The notes under the pieces: generated by a model
Database searches by the model: none
Seen by the model: only the letters and a program-made list of their open reading frames with translations
What the model was told of the DNA's origin: nothing
Shown here: piece by piece, positions 13,187 to 25,291 of the stretch
Position numbering within the stretch: position 1 is the first letter of the stretch
Layout: every line of letters starts with the position of its first letter
Translations under genes and position numbers: made by a program
Assembly: GCF_016433145.1 (NCBI RefSeq)
Contig: NC_058134.1
Location: 286,810,073-286,872,948, forward strand
Direction: 5' to 3'
From: Gracilinanus agilis
Lineage: Eukaryota
DNA length: 62,876 bases

Positions 13187-16100
13187 CTAAATAATTTTTT
13201 AAAAAGAAAAGGAGGGAAGAATTAGCAACCCAAACAGATTTATGGTTTGCATCAGGAGCTTTGTAGAATATCCACTTGACTCTTGGCCTTTTCTGGACTT
13301 TCTGGCCTGTCAGGTTCCCCCATCCCAGTTAAGTTTAGGCCTCTCACCCAAACAGGAACCACCAAATTCTATCTTTACAAAATCTTCACTCCTCACTTTC
13401 TTTCTTCAAACATTTATTTCCACCACAAACCCTTGCCTCATCTTGGAGGCCGTTTTCCCCAAGAAGGTCCTCCGAGTCTGACTTAAAAGGTAAGTTCTAG
13501 AGTCTCTCTCCTAACTGCCCCCACTCTGCCCACGCCTCCCAGCAGCACCAGGATCTCTCCCCGGCCACTGGCAAAACTGAAAACTCGAGGGAAATAGAGA
13601 GCTTGTGAGATTGGGTTTTAAAAGTCTGCCTTTAGATGAAGGGCAGTGGAGGCGTCACATCTACTCTTGCTTGGAAAATAGAAGCCATTAAAGCCCACCA
13701 TCCAACACAAAGGGGACAGGTCCACACTAGACATCGCCCTCCTAATTCCCTTCCACCCCGCCCGTTAGCCTCAATCACCCTTTAGCTCTGGACCGTTAGG
13801 ACTCCGATTTTGATCAGAGACCCAACATCCTTAAATTCAGGTCAGTCGAGCTCAGGACTCCCCAAGGTAGGATGGGGGCAAAGGAAAGGGTCACAAAGAG
13901 AATACCAGCACCATTCACGGAGCAATATGGCTCCCAGACTTGCCTTGTTGGCGAGGGCAGATTAATGTTGGGGGTGGGGGAGCGAGTGTGGGGACTAGGA
14001 AAAGACATGGGGGGCGGGGGAGGGAGCAGAGAAAGAGACCCAAGGACTTTTTGTTGATTGGTTGGCGGTAGGCATGTGACCCTGCTTAGCGCATGCCTGA
14101 TTGGTTGCTTGACCTCTCCCTGGGTTAGAGACCTAGGAACAAAAATACAAGCATTCCCTCCCGCCGCAGTGAGGATACCTTAGCACCTGATGAAAGGGCA
14201 ACCGGTGTGTAATGCCCCTCCTCCTCGCCTTAGAGGAACCAAGTTCATGCGAAGGTGGCTCTGGGCGATAGAAAGACCAAGAAACTGAGTCCCTATCAGC
14301 ACCTTCCTGTTTCCTGATGAAAAACACAAACCAGTGAAACTGGCCAAAGCAAAGTGCCGAAGGAGGGCAGGATTGGGGGTAGGGGGCGGGGGTGGGGGTG
14401 GGGAGGTGACTGGAAATACTATGCCCAGGAAAGTGAGTAAGAACCCAAGGGAGGGAGAAGAGAATTTTCGCCCGGATTTGTAGGTCAGACACACGCCAAA
14501 TATACGTGTTTGTGTGCTGTGTTTAGGCTGGGGTTGTACGTGAGGCGTCAAGTCTTCATATTGATGTTGGTTGCATGTTCATTTTTGTCTTAGTCCCAGA
14601 TCTCCTAACTCCATCCTTTCCTCGGAAGGAAACTCAGCTGCCACTTCCATCAAAGCCGTGGGGAGAAGTGAGAAGGCTAGAGCAATAGGATGAGGGGGAA
14701 GGGTCAGATGGGGAACTTATCCCAAAGCAGAGAGTCTAGCCCAGCTCTCCAAGAGAGACCTTGCCTTGTGCACCCTACCGCTATCAATTTTCCCAAAGTT
14801 CCCCCAAAGGTGGCACTTAGAGTAAGGTTGAAATTAGAGCAAGAGAGGAGTAGAAGGTATGAGTGGGATAGGAAGAAGTATACTTAAAGGTGAGAAAGGA
14901 GACAACAAGTGGGCAGAAGGCTTGGGAAGATTAGGAAAAGGGAAGGAGCTTCTGAAGAAAGATGATTAATGAATGCATAAATGATTATGAATAAATGGTC
15001 TTTAAAAGCAAGACTAGCCAAGGGGATGATGTCGAAGAAAGGATCGCTTGATACTTAACATTCCTAGACTTCCTATTCTGAGGTTAGGGAAGGCTAGGCT
15101 CCCTACTCCTCCAGGTGAAGGGAAAATAGAGGGCTTTTGGATGCTTTTATTGGCCAGGTCCCAGACCTAAACTGGAGCAGTGTGGTGAGGATGAAGCAGG
15201 GAGCAGGAATTCTTAAAACATCCATCCCTGTTGTACCCATTTGGTGTGGGAAGAATAGATTTAAGCCATAGCTAGAGTGATCCCCTACATAACCCCCTCT
15301 GGCTCCATATCTCTCTGTCTCGGTCTCTACCCTTTCTGTGTCACTGCCTTTGTCTCTGTGGGTCTCTTTCTGTTTCCCTTTCCCATTTCAGGCTTTTGGT
15401 TTGCTCTGAGTCGATGTTGGCATGGCACAGCCCTTTCTGCCCTTCCCCCACCTCCAACATTGTTTTGACAATCCAGGTATCATAGCCCCTTTTCTTTGAA
15501 TGGGTAGTCGTCATATCTTTCCCTTTTACTTCCCTAGCCCCTCTCCCACCTGGATCCTGGTTTTGCTGGTCCATTTTGAGGAGCTAGTATTTATTCAGAA
15601 GCAATTCCAATCCATTCCCATCTCTCTGGCATGAAGACTCCTCCAGGGACATCAACTCACCTAGACTATACGTGTGCACGCTTTTCCTACGTAACAGATT
15701 ATGACGCATAATGGGGGAGGGGAGAGCATGTGCTTTCAGGTGTGTGGGGACACGTGCCTCCAACACCCAGACTTACACACTCTTCTCTTCCACCTCCCCA
15801 ATACAAAGGCCCTCTAAATCAGACCTTAGGATATAGCAGGGTGAGAACTCAAAGCGCTTGAGACCTACACATCCGAACAGAGCGTTTCTGAGAGCGGATT
15901 CTTTCTCCCTTCTCAACCCCATTCTATCTAGATTCACCAGGCTCACAAATCCCTCTCCAGAAAAACAAAAAAACAAAACCTTCCCATGAATTATCCTAGT
16001 TTCCCCAGGCTCCTGGGAAACTCCTGACCATCCTACAGGCTAAGAAAGGAAGGGGGATTCTATTAGGCAGCTTGAGGGAGTAAGGGTAGCTTTGACATAG

Positions 16101-19100
16101 AATTCTAAGGACCAGGAGGAAACAGCTCCTTCCTTTTTCACCTCAACCACTGGCTTGGCCTAAAGAAAGCAAAAGGAAGGAGGGATGAGGTTCAGAGTTA
16201 TTTCTCTGAATCCTGGAACCAGCCAACCTCCAAACGAGAACTCCCTCTCCTTAGCCCCACTTTGGGAGCTCAGGAGTGCCCAAGTCCTTGAAGGATGAAA
16301 AGAGGGGGAAAAGAACACTGTCAGGGGACTCTAAGCTCCTCTGGGGGAATGAGAAAGCAGGTAATCTCCCATTCCTCGCCTCCAGCCTACCTCTCAATCC
16401 AACCAGTGCTCATGTCTTCAAGACAGTCCAATCCAGAAAAGTTTTGAAGACAGTCAACTAATTACAACCAAGGGCAAGAGTGGAGACAGTGGGTAGGGGA
16501 AAGAGTGAAAAGGGATGGGAGAAGAGGGAAGTTTGCTTTGCACTCAGAACTGGAAGATTTCAACAAGCAGCCAACACAACTCTATCCCAATCTAGACTTC
16601 TCAGTCCTTCCAGGCTGGGAAGGTTAGGGAAGTGAGGTAAATGCTTTACTGAACTAAATCCTCTCTCTTCCTTAAAGTCCCTTATATTGAATAACTTGTG
16701 ATTGGGAGACGATGAGGTGAAGGAGCAGGAGGGAGAGATCAGTCAAAGGATTTAGTACACCTCAGCCCCAGACCCCCCACTTTCAGTCTTAACCTACCAC
16801 TCTCAAAGTACCCCAGCTCTCCTCACCCAGACCCAACCCCAGGCTGCCTTTGCTGTCTTTTCTTTCCAAAGGACTCCTTCCCCTTCTCTCCCTTGAACTG
16901 TTCTCACAACTAGATGGGGGAGTTCTGTAGGTNNNNNNNNNNNNNNNNNNNNNNNNNNNNNNNNNNNNNNNNNNNNNNNNNNNNNNNNNNNNNNNNNNNN
17001 NNNNNNNNNNNNNNNNNNNNNNNNNNNNNNNNNNNNNNNNNNNNNNNNNNNNNNNNNNNNNNNNNNNNNNNNNNNNNNNNNNNCCCAGCCGCCGTAATCC
17101 CCTCNNNNNNNNNNNNNNNNNNNNNNNNNNNNNNNNNNNNNNNNNNNNNNNNNNNNNNNNNNNNNNNNNNNNNNNNNNNNNNNNNNNNNNNNNNNNNNNN
17201 NNNNNNNNNNNNNNNNNNNNNNNNNNNNNNNNNNNNNNNNNNNNNNNNNNNNNNNNNNNNNNNNNNNNNNNNNNNNCAGGCCATTCACATAAATAACCTC
17301 CAAAAGTTTCAAACTCCTAAATTCACATAGAAGCCATGCGTTATTTCTCGAATGCTCACTTACACTTAAAAAGCCCTCTTTGCTTCCTCCCTGTCCCCCA
17401 CCCCGCACCCCTTGCATGGTGGGGGGGAGGGGGAGGGTGGGTCCTTATTTATTTATTTACTTACTTAGTTACTGACTTATTTTCATAAGGACCTGTCGCC
17501 TTCCGTGGTCGCGTGATTTTTTTCCTTTTTTTTTTTTCTTCCTCTCTCCTCTTATTCCTCAGAGTGGGCCCGTGCCCCCCCTCCCCACTCCCTCGGGAAG
17601 GTAAGTCATGCTTCTTCCCCTTTTTTTTTCTTGCTGCCATAAGGGTTGGGCTCCAGGGAGAAGGGAGGGGGCAGGGGAGAGAAGCGATCCGTGGTCTCCG
17701 TTTGGAACTCCTATGCAGCCCACCCTCCAAAGCAACTCTCCTGAGAAACGCAAAGGCCAAATATTTAGACATTGTCTGTAGTTGCCAAGATGTTCGAGTC
17801 CCAGGCCCTGAGGCTGGAGATGGGGTATTGATTGGGAGAAAGCAGAGGGCCTTGCTTGCTAGGTCCCCTCCTCTAACAAGTAGAAGAAGGAGTCTATAGA
17901 GGAAGAGAGAAGGAAGCTTTGGTCAGTCAGTTTTGGTCTGGGAAATAAAGCAATAGAGAGATGGGGTTTTAGGAGGAAGGAAGGCCCAAGGCCACCATGA
18001 CAGAAAGCTGAGCAAAAGGAGAAGCTGGAGCTGGCTCAGAGAGACAGCAGCAGAGTCTATGCAGGCTTAGAGGAAGGAGAAAGTGAAAAGGGACTCCCGG
18101 TTTTTCAGGAAGAAAAGGGATAACCACCTGGGAAGAGGAAGTTTCCAGCAAGGGTCTTCATAGGTCCCCTGGGGTCCTATTGAGAGCTCCATTCTTCCAC
18201 TCCCCTGGGTGACCCTGGGAGGGCCCCGCTGGACGGAGAGGGACTGGGGAGCAAGCGCCGCATCCTCTTTCTTAGTTAACTGCTACCCATCAGGAGACAA
18301 CAGCGATTTTCCTTGCTTCAGCGATCGCCCAATAGTTTTACTCAGCATGGAGAAAAAATTAAAATAACTCCCGGAAGAAAATTATACATTTTATTTCAGA
18401 GAGAAAGCGAGCTAGCGAGACGGATAATTTGCAGGGATCACAGGCAGGGAATGCAGGTCCAGGGACCCCAGAGGAGGGAGTCACAACACCAACCAAACCT
18501 TCATTTAGAACTGGGTGTTCAGACGGAGTTAAATGGCCTGGAAGGGGACATAGAGGAGGGTCTATAAGGGGAAATGATCCTATAGATCCCTTCACAGAAA
18601 TTAAAAACAAACAAGAACAGGCCGTGCTGAAAGGAAGAGGAATCAATACAGAGGACTGTAATACATCCCCAAACTCTCCATCCATAATAATCATAAATAT
18701 CGTCCTCACCTTCCCTCCTACCCAACCCCTCTCTGCCCCTAGTCTCCACTCCCTTGGGTCTTCTTGTGGGGGGGCTTAGTAAGTTGAGGCCCAGTTCCTG
18801 GGATTTCCTCTCCCTCCCCCCATCCCAGGCGGTTCAGGAGGGTGGGGAAGGGTAGAATGGCATCAGGCTCAAACTCAGGAAATTACCCTCATTGTAGAAA
18901 GGTGGGGAGGAAATGCTATAAACTTTTATGGGTCCTTAGACCGCTGTTGCATTTGTTTCTACTGTACATTGCTTCCTCGTCCTGCCACCCTCCTGTCCCC
19001 ACTGTCCAGTGAGGAGAATCCACAGTGTGTTTGCCCCCCCCCCCATCCACAGCCAGTACACTGGGAATATTTTGCCTCCTCTTTTCCCCCTAACTGGACC

Positions 19101-21076
19101 CTAAAGGATATGCAACAATATGTACATCAATAAAACACAAAATAGATTTGAGCCTGTACGGCTCCAATTACCCAGATAGTTAGCATGTCTGCATAGCCCC
19201 TTGCTCAGCAAAGTGGGGAGACAGACCTAACAGACCTATTTTATACCACACAGACAAAACCCCATCTCTTTCCCCTCCCCATCTTCCCACACAATTTCAC
19301 ATAGCTCTTCCCAACAAGATTTTAGAGAGAACGTCAGATATCACCACTTCTTTTTCCCCTGTTACCATCAACATGCCAAGACAGGGTGTCCTGCTTCAGC
19401 CCAGGATATACCACTTGGGGAACCGTCTGAGTCCCTTTGTGGACAGACTCAGCCTTTCCTAAGTCCCAATCTTTCCATTTGCCTTTTCCCTACTCCTAAC
19501 AGTCTGTGCCAAAGGACTTGAGAAAGGAAACCTGCTACTTTGTCCCCCAAAGCTTCCCCTCAAACTGAGAGGGGAAGCCCTGGCCACGGAGCCATGAATC
19601 TTAGCTACTTTTTAGCAGAGCTCAGCCACTCAACAGGGCCCAGGAAAGGGTGCCCCCATACACAGATTACCTATATAAACAGAGATAATATCATCTATGC
19701 AGAAGGAACACAACAATACAGCAGAGCATTTCTAACTGGTCCTGTTTCAATGTATACCCCCAGCCAAGCCAAGTAGAAGGTACTTTCTCCCTCCTCAACA
19801 ATTCTGGAGGCCTAGCAATCTAAGTCGCCCTTCTCTCTGTGCCAGTCAACCTAGGATCCCCAAAGCGGCTCTTCAAAGCCCTTCTTTGGGAATGACCTCC
19901 AAAGGTAGAAGGCACCCCTTAGGAAGCCTCTACAAAAACTTTGGATGCCTCCATCCCATTCCCTCTCCCTTCCCCGTCAAGAAAAAGAGGATTCGATGGC
20001 TGCCTTTGGACTTTATGTCTATTGGTCTTTATTCAATATGACAAAATATAGTTTCATAATGGACCCGGAGTCAATAAATAGGTGGGTGACAGTGGTGGGG
20101 GAATTTCCCCCAAATAAAGTTGCCAGAAAGGGACTACATGGTCACCAAGCGTTGGTACTGGAGTCAGAGAGCACATCACATGAAGGTGGACCCCAATACA
20201 TACAAACAGTGCAGGGACTCCGGGGAGTCGGCCCTCGGCATGCGGGGAGCTGGTTTGGGGTGAAGTTCTCCCCCCCAAACTGAAAGAAGGAGGAGTGCTT
20301 AGGGACATCGAGAGGGCCTGGAAGAGGGTGTCCAGAGTTCATTAAATTTTTCCCCTTTCATATGTAAATCATAAAAAAATAATGAAAATCTAGTTGAACA
20401 AACAGAATAAACGAACAAGAATGAAAAACAAGCCCACTCACTCTCGCACACAGTCAGACATCATCACTCACACCTAGAGAATCCCTCAGCACTGGGAAAA
20501 AGCCACCCGGCCTGGGCCTGGTCCCAACTCGCCAGCTCTGGAGCAGGGCCCCCTCGAACAAAGAAAGGCTGAAGGTCGGCTGAAATGGGGAATTACACAT
20601 TTCAATCCCAGGGGGTTCAAAAACTCTGCCCAAAGAGGGTTGCAGGGGCGGTGTCCAAGTCACTCCAGCCCTGGCTAGACCGCTACCGGCCTCTTTCAGG
20701 AAACCAGGGATGAAGGGGACAAGAGTCTGGGGTTAGGGGGTTCTTGGCTGCTGCCTTGACTGGTGGCGCCTGAGGTACGGGGAGGATTTTGAAGGCAAAG
20801 AGCTCTTTTCCTTCCCGGCCTGCCCCGGTAGGCAGTCCCGGTGTCTAGATCATTTTAGTGGGACCCCCTACGGAGATTTCACTGGGTTATTCGGTCGCCA
20901 GGAGGGCTTAGGGAGCCAGACTGAGGAAAATGTGAATGAACACAACAGCACACTCTGAGTCAAGCTTCGGAAAGCTGAATGCTAATCGAAAACCGCTTTT
21001 GTTTGCGGGTTTGGGAGAGTCCGTGACAAATCCCCCCAGTCCCCGCACACACCTCCACCCCCAGCCCCTGAAAATG

Positions 21077-21078
<2 letters not shown>

Positions 21079-21116
<38 letters not shown>

Positions 21117-21127
21117 TACACACACAC
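21079..21127. repeat. (CA)n microsatellite in the HOXC5 3'UTR
   Basis: Read directly, about 90 nt after the HOXC5 stop. Confidence 0.95.
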
Positions 21128-21216
21128 GAAAGAAAATGAAAAGTTTCCCCAAGGTAGATCCAAGCCAACTAGAGAAACTATTGGAAGGGTGCCGTATCCC
21201 CAGCTCCCTCTTCCTT

Positions 21217-21431
21217 TTAAAGAGCCTCTTTGCTTTTTAATTTGGAATCCTTCTTCCATTTCATCCTTCGGTTCTGGAACCAGATCTTGATCTGTCTCTC
21301 GTTGAGACACAAGTTGTTGGCGATCTCAATTCGCCTTCGGCGGGTGAGGTAGCGGTTAAAGTGAAATTCTTTCTCTAATTCCAAAGTCTGGTAGCGCGTG
21401 TAACTGGTTCTGGATCGCTTGCCGTCTGTCT
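21217..21431 (-). CDS. HOXC5: Homeobox C5, coding exon 2 (homeodomain, 215 nt)
   Basis: The acceptor reads ATTCCAG|AG ACA. The exon encodes [71 protein letters not shown]. Confidence 0.99.
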
Positions 21432-21677
21432 CTGGAATATAAAGCCCACCCCAGCAAGTGCAGGAACGGGTGAATAGTTTTTTAAAAGTCCCACCGTCTT
21501 CCCACTCCACCCCCACCCTAAGATGGGTCTCAGAACTAGCCCCAGCGGACTGGAGAAGAGGGCAAGCGGGCAAAGGGGTGAGGGAGGGAACGAAAGCAGC
21601 CCCTGGCCCTAGGGAGAGGCGAAGACACTTGGCTCTGAGCTCGGGAAACTTTCCGGTCCGACACTCACTTACCCAGA

Positions 21678-21770
21678 GGGGGCCGAGGGGGATGGGGAGG
21701 GAGACCCGGACTCCAGCGAGACAATGAGACCTCCAGACCCCGGCACAAGGGGATCCCCCTCCCTTCTCCT
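21678..21770 (-). ncRNA. miR-615-homologous sequence in the HOXC5 intron (diverged; probably not a processed miRNA)
   Basis: The minus strand GGGAGGGGGATCCCCTTGTGCCGGGGTCTGGAGGTCTCATTGTCTCGCTGGAGTCCGGGTCTCCCTC is colinear with eutherian pre-miR-615 (GGGAGGGGGGTCCCCGGTGCTCGGATC...ATTGT...TCCGAGCCTGGGTCTCCCTC) and sits at the orthologous intronic position. The seed is altered. Homology is well supported; function is not. Confidence 0.7.
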
Positions 21771-22169
21771 TCCTTGCTCCCTCCCTCCCTCCCTCCTGGC
21801 TGGAAAGTCTCCTCAATCCCCCCCAAATGGGAAGCATTTCCCTCATAAAGGGGGTGATGGGGAAGGGGGGGATCCCCTCTCTGCCAGGCCAGTGTGCCNN
21901 NNNNNNNNNNNNNNNNNNNNNNNNNNNNNNNNNNNNNNNNNNNNNNNNNNNNNNNNNNNNNNNNNNNNNNNNNNNNNNNNNNNNNNNNNNNNNNNNNNNN
22001 NNNNNNNNNNNNNNNNNNNNNNNNNNNNNNNNNNNNNNNNNNNNNNNNNNNNNNNNNNNNNNCCTGCACCGTAAAATTTATGGCCGCAGGTTTTTTCTTT
22101 TTATTTGCCCCGTATGGCCTATAAAACCCAGGCGGACCCGAGCGCACAAAATGAAGCCCTAAAGTTTAC

Positions 22170-22623
22170 CGTGGCTCATGTGGAGTTTGGTCATCCACGG
22201 GTATATTTGTGGCGGGGCCGGTGGCTGGCTCAGTCCTGCGGGCTGCCCAGTCTGAGCCTGTTCTTCCTTGATCTCCCCACTCCCCTTAGATCTGTCCTCC
22301 AGCGCCGGGCGAGCCGCCTTCTGATTGTACATCCCGGGGTTTAGAGGAGCCGGTTCGTCTCTGCCCAGAGCGTGTCCCGGAGCTGCCACCGTGGTACAGG
22401 CGGGTCGGTCTGGGTGAGGTCTAGGAGTGGCAGCCATGTCTAACCCGTGGAGAGAGTTGGAAGGAGCAGGCGGTGGGAAAGTGATGCTTAAGTCCAATCC
22501 ACTGTAGCAGTACCTGGATGGCTGCACCTCTGAGACAGATCCATAGTTCCCACAAGTTTGCATGCTATAGGCAGGAATNNNNNNNNNNNNNNNNNNNNNN
22601 NNNNNNNNNNNNNNNNNNNNNNN
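22170..22623 (-). CDS. HOXC5: Homeobox C5, coding exon 1 (start codon and first 15 codons hidden in the N-run 22579-22766)
   Basis: The visible part reads IPAYSMQTCGNYGSVSEVQPSRYCYSGLDLSITFPPPAPSNSLHG...PPQIYPWMTKLHMSH, with donor CAC G|GTAAAC. The start at 22623 is inferred by adding the 15 codons (MSSYVANSFYKQSPN) recalled from human HOXC5. Confidence 0.93.
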
Positions 22624-22786
22624 NNNNNNNNNNNNNNNNNNNNNNNNNNNNNNNNNNNNNNNNNNNNNNNNNNNNNNNNNNNNNNNNNNNNNNNNNNNNN
22701 NNNNNNNNNNNNNNNNNNNNNNNNNNNNNNNNNNNNNNNNNNNNNNNNNNNNNNNNNNNNNNNNNNAAATAAGGGATCCTTAAATA

Positions 22787-22800
22787 GAGTCACGTGACTC
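22787..22800. promoter_or_regulatory. HOXC5 promoter E-box (14-bp perfect palindrome GAGTCACGTGACTC, USF/TFE-type)
   Basis: Read directly, just upstream of the masked HOXC5 5'UTR. Confidence 0.6.
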
Positions 22801-22990
22801 GGGCGGCCACTCATAAATTCGGCTTGATGACCTCCGGGAGGTTAGTGATGGAAGCCGGCGAAACGCATCTTGATATGTTGGCACAGCCCAACCGAGGGGA
22901 GAGGGATCGAGAGAAAGGGAGAGAAGAAGGGGGAGAGGAAAGAAAAAAAATGGTTGTTGGAATTAGGGGGTAGCGGGGACAACGAGTCCA

Positions 22991-23007
22991 CAGCGACACC
23001 TGGCGTA
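22991..23007 (-). promoter_or_regulatory. Candidate CTCF site at the HOXC5|HOXC6 boundary
   Basis: The minus strand TACGCCAGGTGTCGCTG fits the CTCF core CCASYAGRKGGCRS with a few tolerated deviations. It lies about 370 bp upstream of the inferred HOXC5 ATG, where a C5|6 CTCF boundary is described in mouse. Confidence 0.65.
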
Positions 23008-24165
23008 GACTCGTTAGTACTGCACCCCGGCTCGTCCTCCTCGCCTCTCCTGGGTGGATTTTTCTACCCTGGCGAAGAGAAGCTGTGCTGTTTGCTACAC
23101 AAACCCCCCTGAGTTGGCCTTTTAAATTGTATTTAATTTTAAGGAAAGATGGGGCCTCGTTTAGGATGCGCAGAGGGGCTTTTCTGAATAGATTGTCGCC
23201 CCTCCCTCCCCCAGGGCCTTCTACAATCGCTGGAATGAGCTAGTTTGCAAGAATTTGTGTGTGTGTTGGAAAAGGGGGGAGAGAGCTGAAAGGGGAGCAG
23301 ACGCTAAATCCTTCATTTAGTGGTGGCTGGAAGTGGGTCTTTTTCCACGTCTCCTAATTAAAAGGGCCGAAATTTCTTGCCTCGGGGAAGAAGGAGGACC
23401 AAATAGAGCTCATTAGATTGCCAAAACGACTGGACTTGGAGAGGGGGGCCAGTCACTCGGGGGTGTTTGGGGAAGGGGAATGCCTGCATCTACAAGAGTT
23501 GGGGAAGCTGAGGTAGGTGTTGTGGAGGCCAAAGAAGACTGAGGGGATGTCTAAGAAGGCCTTGGAGGTGAGGAGAAAATAATTTTGATTAGACCTCACT
23601 CCACATCCACTCAGATTCACCTCCAGAGCAGAAATCAGAGCCAGTTAGTGGGGGTAGGTGTAGCATAAACGATGGGGGTGTTTTATGAGAAGTCAGACAC
23701 AAAAGCCTGTCAATGAATGTGGTTTGAGTGGAGAAAGGGGTATCAGTGTGTGTGTAACACACATGTATTCAATATGTCTCTATAGGCATAGAAAAGAGAT
23801 TCTGCGAAGTCACAGGAAAGTAGGATTTGTATAAATTTAAAAAAAAAATCTTAAATGGCTATTTTCCACCCTTTGGGGCAGGTGTTTGGAGGCAGGAACT
23901 TTCTGAGGCCTAAGGTATTCTGAGGTAGGTTCCTTAAAGTCAAACTCTCTATGTAGTATGAGTTTCTTCGGGAAAAGGGAGGAAGCATGACAGAAAAGAG
24001 GGAAGACTTTGGGGCAACAGAGAGGAGAGGTCTGGGGGGGAGCAGCCAGCTAGAATAGGTCCCAGATCAGGAAGGGAGGGTCATGGGTTCCCAATTGGAG
24101 GAGAGCCCATTAGGATGTCTGCTGGTTTCCATTCCTATTTCCCCAACTCCAAATCACTTTCTCTC

Positions 24166-24240
24166 CCTTCCTTCCTTCCTTCCTTTCTTCCTTCCTTCCT
24201 TCCTTCCTTCCTTCCTTCCTTCTTTCTTTCCTTTCTTCCT
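24166..24240. repeat. (CCTT)n/(CTTT)n tetranucleotide repeat
   Basis: Read directly. Confidence 0.93.
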
Positions 24241-25285
24241 GGGGAAATCTCCGCCTCTGGATTGAGAAACACCAAGGTCTGGCAGCTGCTTGGAATATAT
24301 GGGGTTTGGGAAATCTTCTTGGCTTTTCATTCCTCTTGAAGACCCCATCTCAACATTCCAATTCACTGGGGGAAGGAATTCCTCCCCAATTTGAGTCAGG
24401 CTTTCTAAGCAAGGCCGGAGGACAAGAGAAGGCCCAGAGCAGGGGGAAAAGACCAGGGGAACTTTGTATTCCACCAGATTTGAAAGAGTGAAGGGTAATC
24501 TGAGGGAGAAGAAGGACTGGGGTGCTGATGGGAGGCCAGTGAAGAAAGATGTATTTTTCCTTCTTATGTCTGAGTCCCAGCAAAAGAACTGAGTTTCTCC
24601 GTCTTGATTTTTCTAAGCTTCCTTGCATCTCCAAATCCTCTGCGAAATGCCTCCAAAACGTTTCTTCACCTTTTTTGCTGCCTCCACCACACATATCAGC
24701 CTTAGTCAGCCCCTGGTTCAGGGGTGTGTTTGCCAGTTTTTTTCTCTCTTCTGGGAGCTTTGCGCCTTGAGAGAACTTCTTTTCTGTCCTGGATTTTATT
24801 CTTTTTTTGGGGGGGGGAAGTGGGGTCAGAAGGCAAATCTTCAAGGTTTGAAGTCTTTAAGAACACTCTGGGAGTGGGGTTCGATTCCGATTTGAATTAT
24901 TGGCTTTTAGAAGTAAAATTTCCAGTGAGAAATTCGATTTTTTTTTTCCTAGGGGGAGGGAGTAAGAATCAAAGACTGCCTTTTCCCGGGGAAGGGAGCA
25001 AAGGGAGCTTCTCTCAGCTCAGAGCAGAAGGACAAAGAGGAAGTGGATAAAGAATGTTTCGGGGCTCCTGCTCCAGGAGTATTTGAGAGAGAGAAAACCA
25101 GAAGGGAATGGAAGTGTGCAGGGACTGGAACTGGGGCTGCGGGAGAGAAGCAGCCGCCAGGGGAGGCATAGAGACGCAGCAAGGACTCGGCGCCAACACC
25201 AACTTTCGCCCACGATGTACAGGAAAGAGATGGGGCGAGCGAATGAGCAGAAATCAGGATATGAACTTTTAAAAATAATATCAGT

Positions 25286-25291
25286 TTTATT
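25286..25291 (-). terminator. Probable HOXC6 polyadenylation signal AATAAA
   Basis: Plus strand TTTATT about 960 nt downstream of the HOXC6 stop, in an AT-rich context. Confidence 0.65.

Noticed and set aside
21217-21846. 209-aa ORF as a single-exon HOXC5
   Set aside because: Only 21217-21431 is exon 2; the rest is intron read-through upstream of the acceptor.
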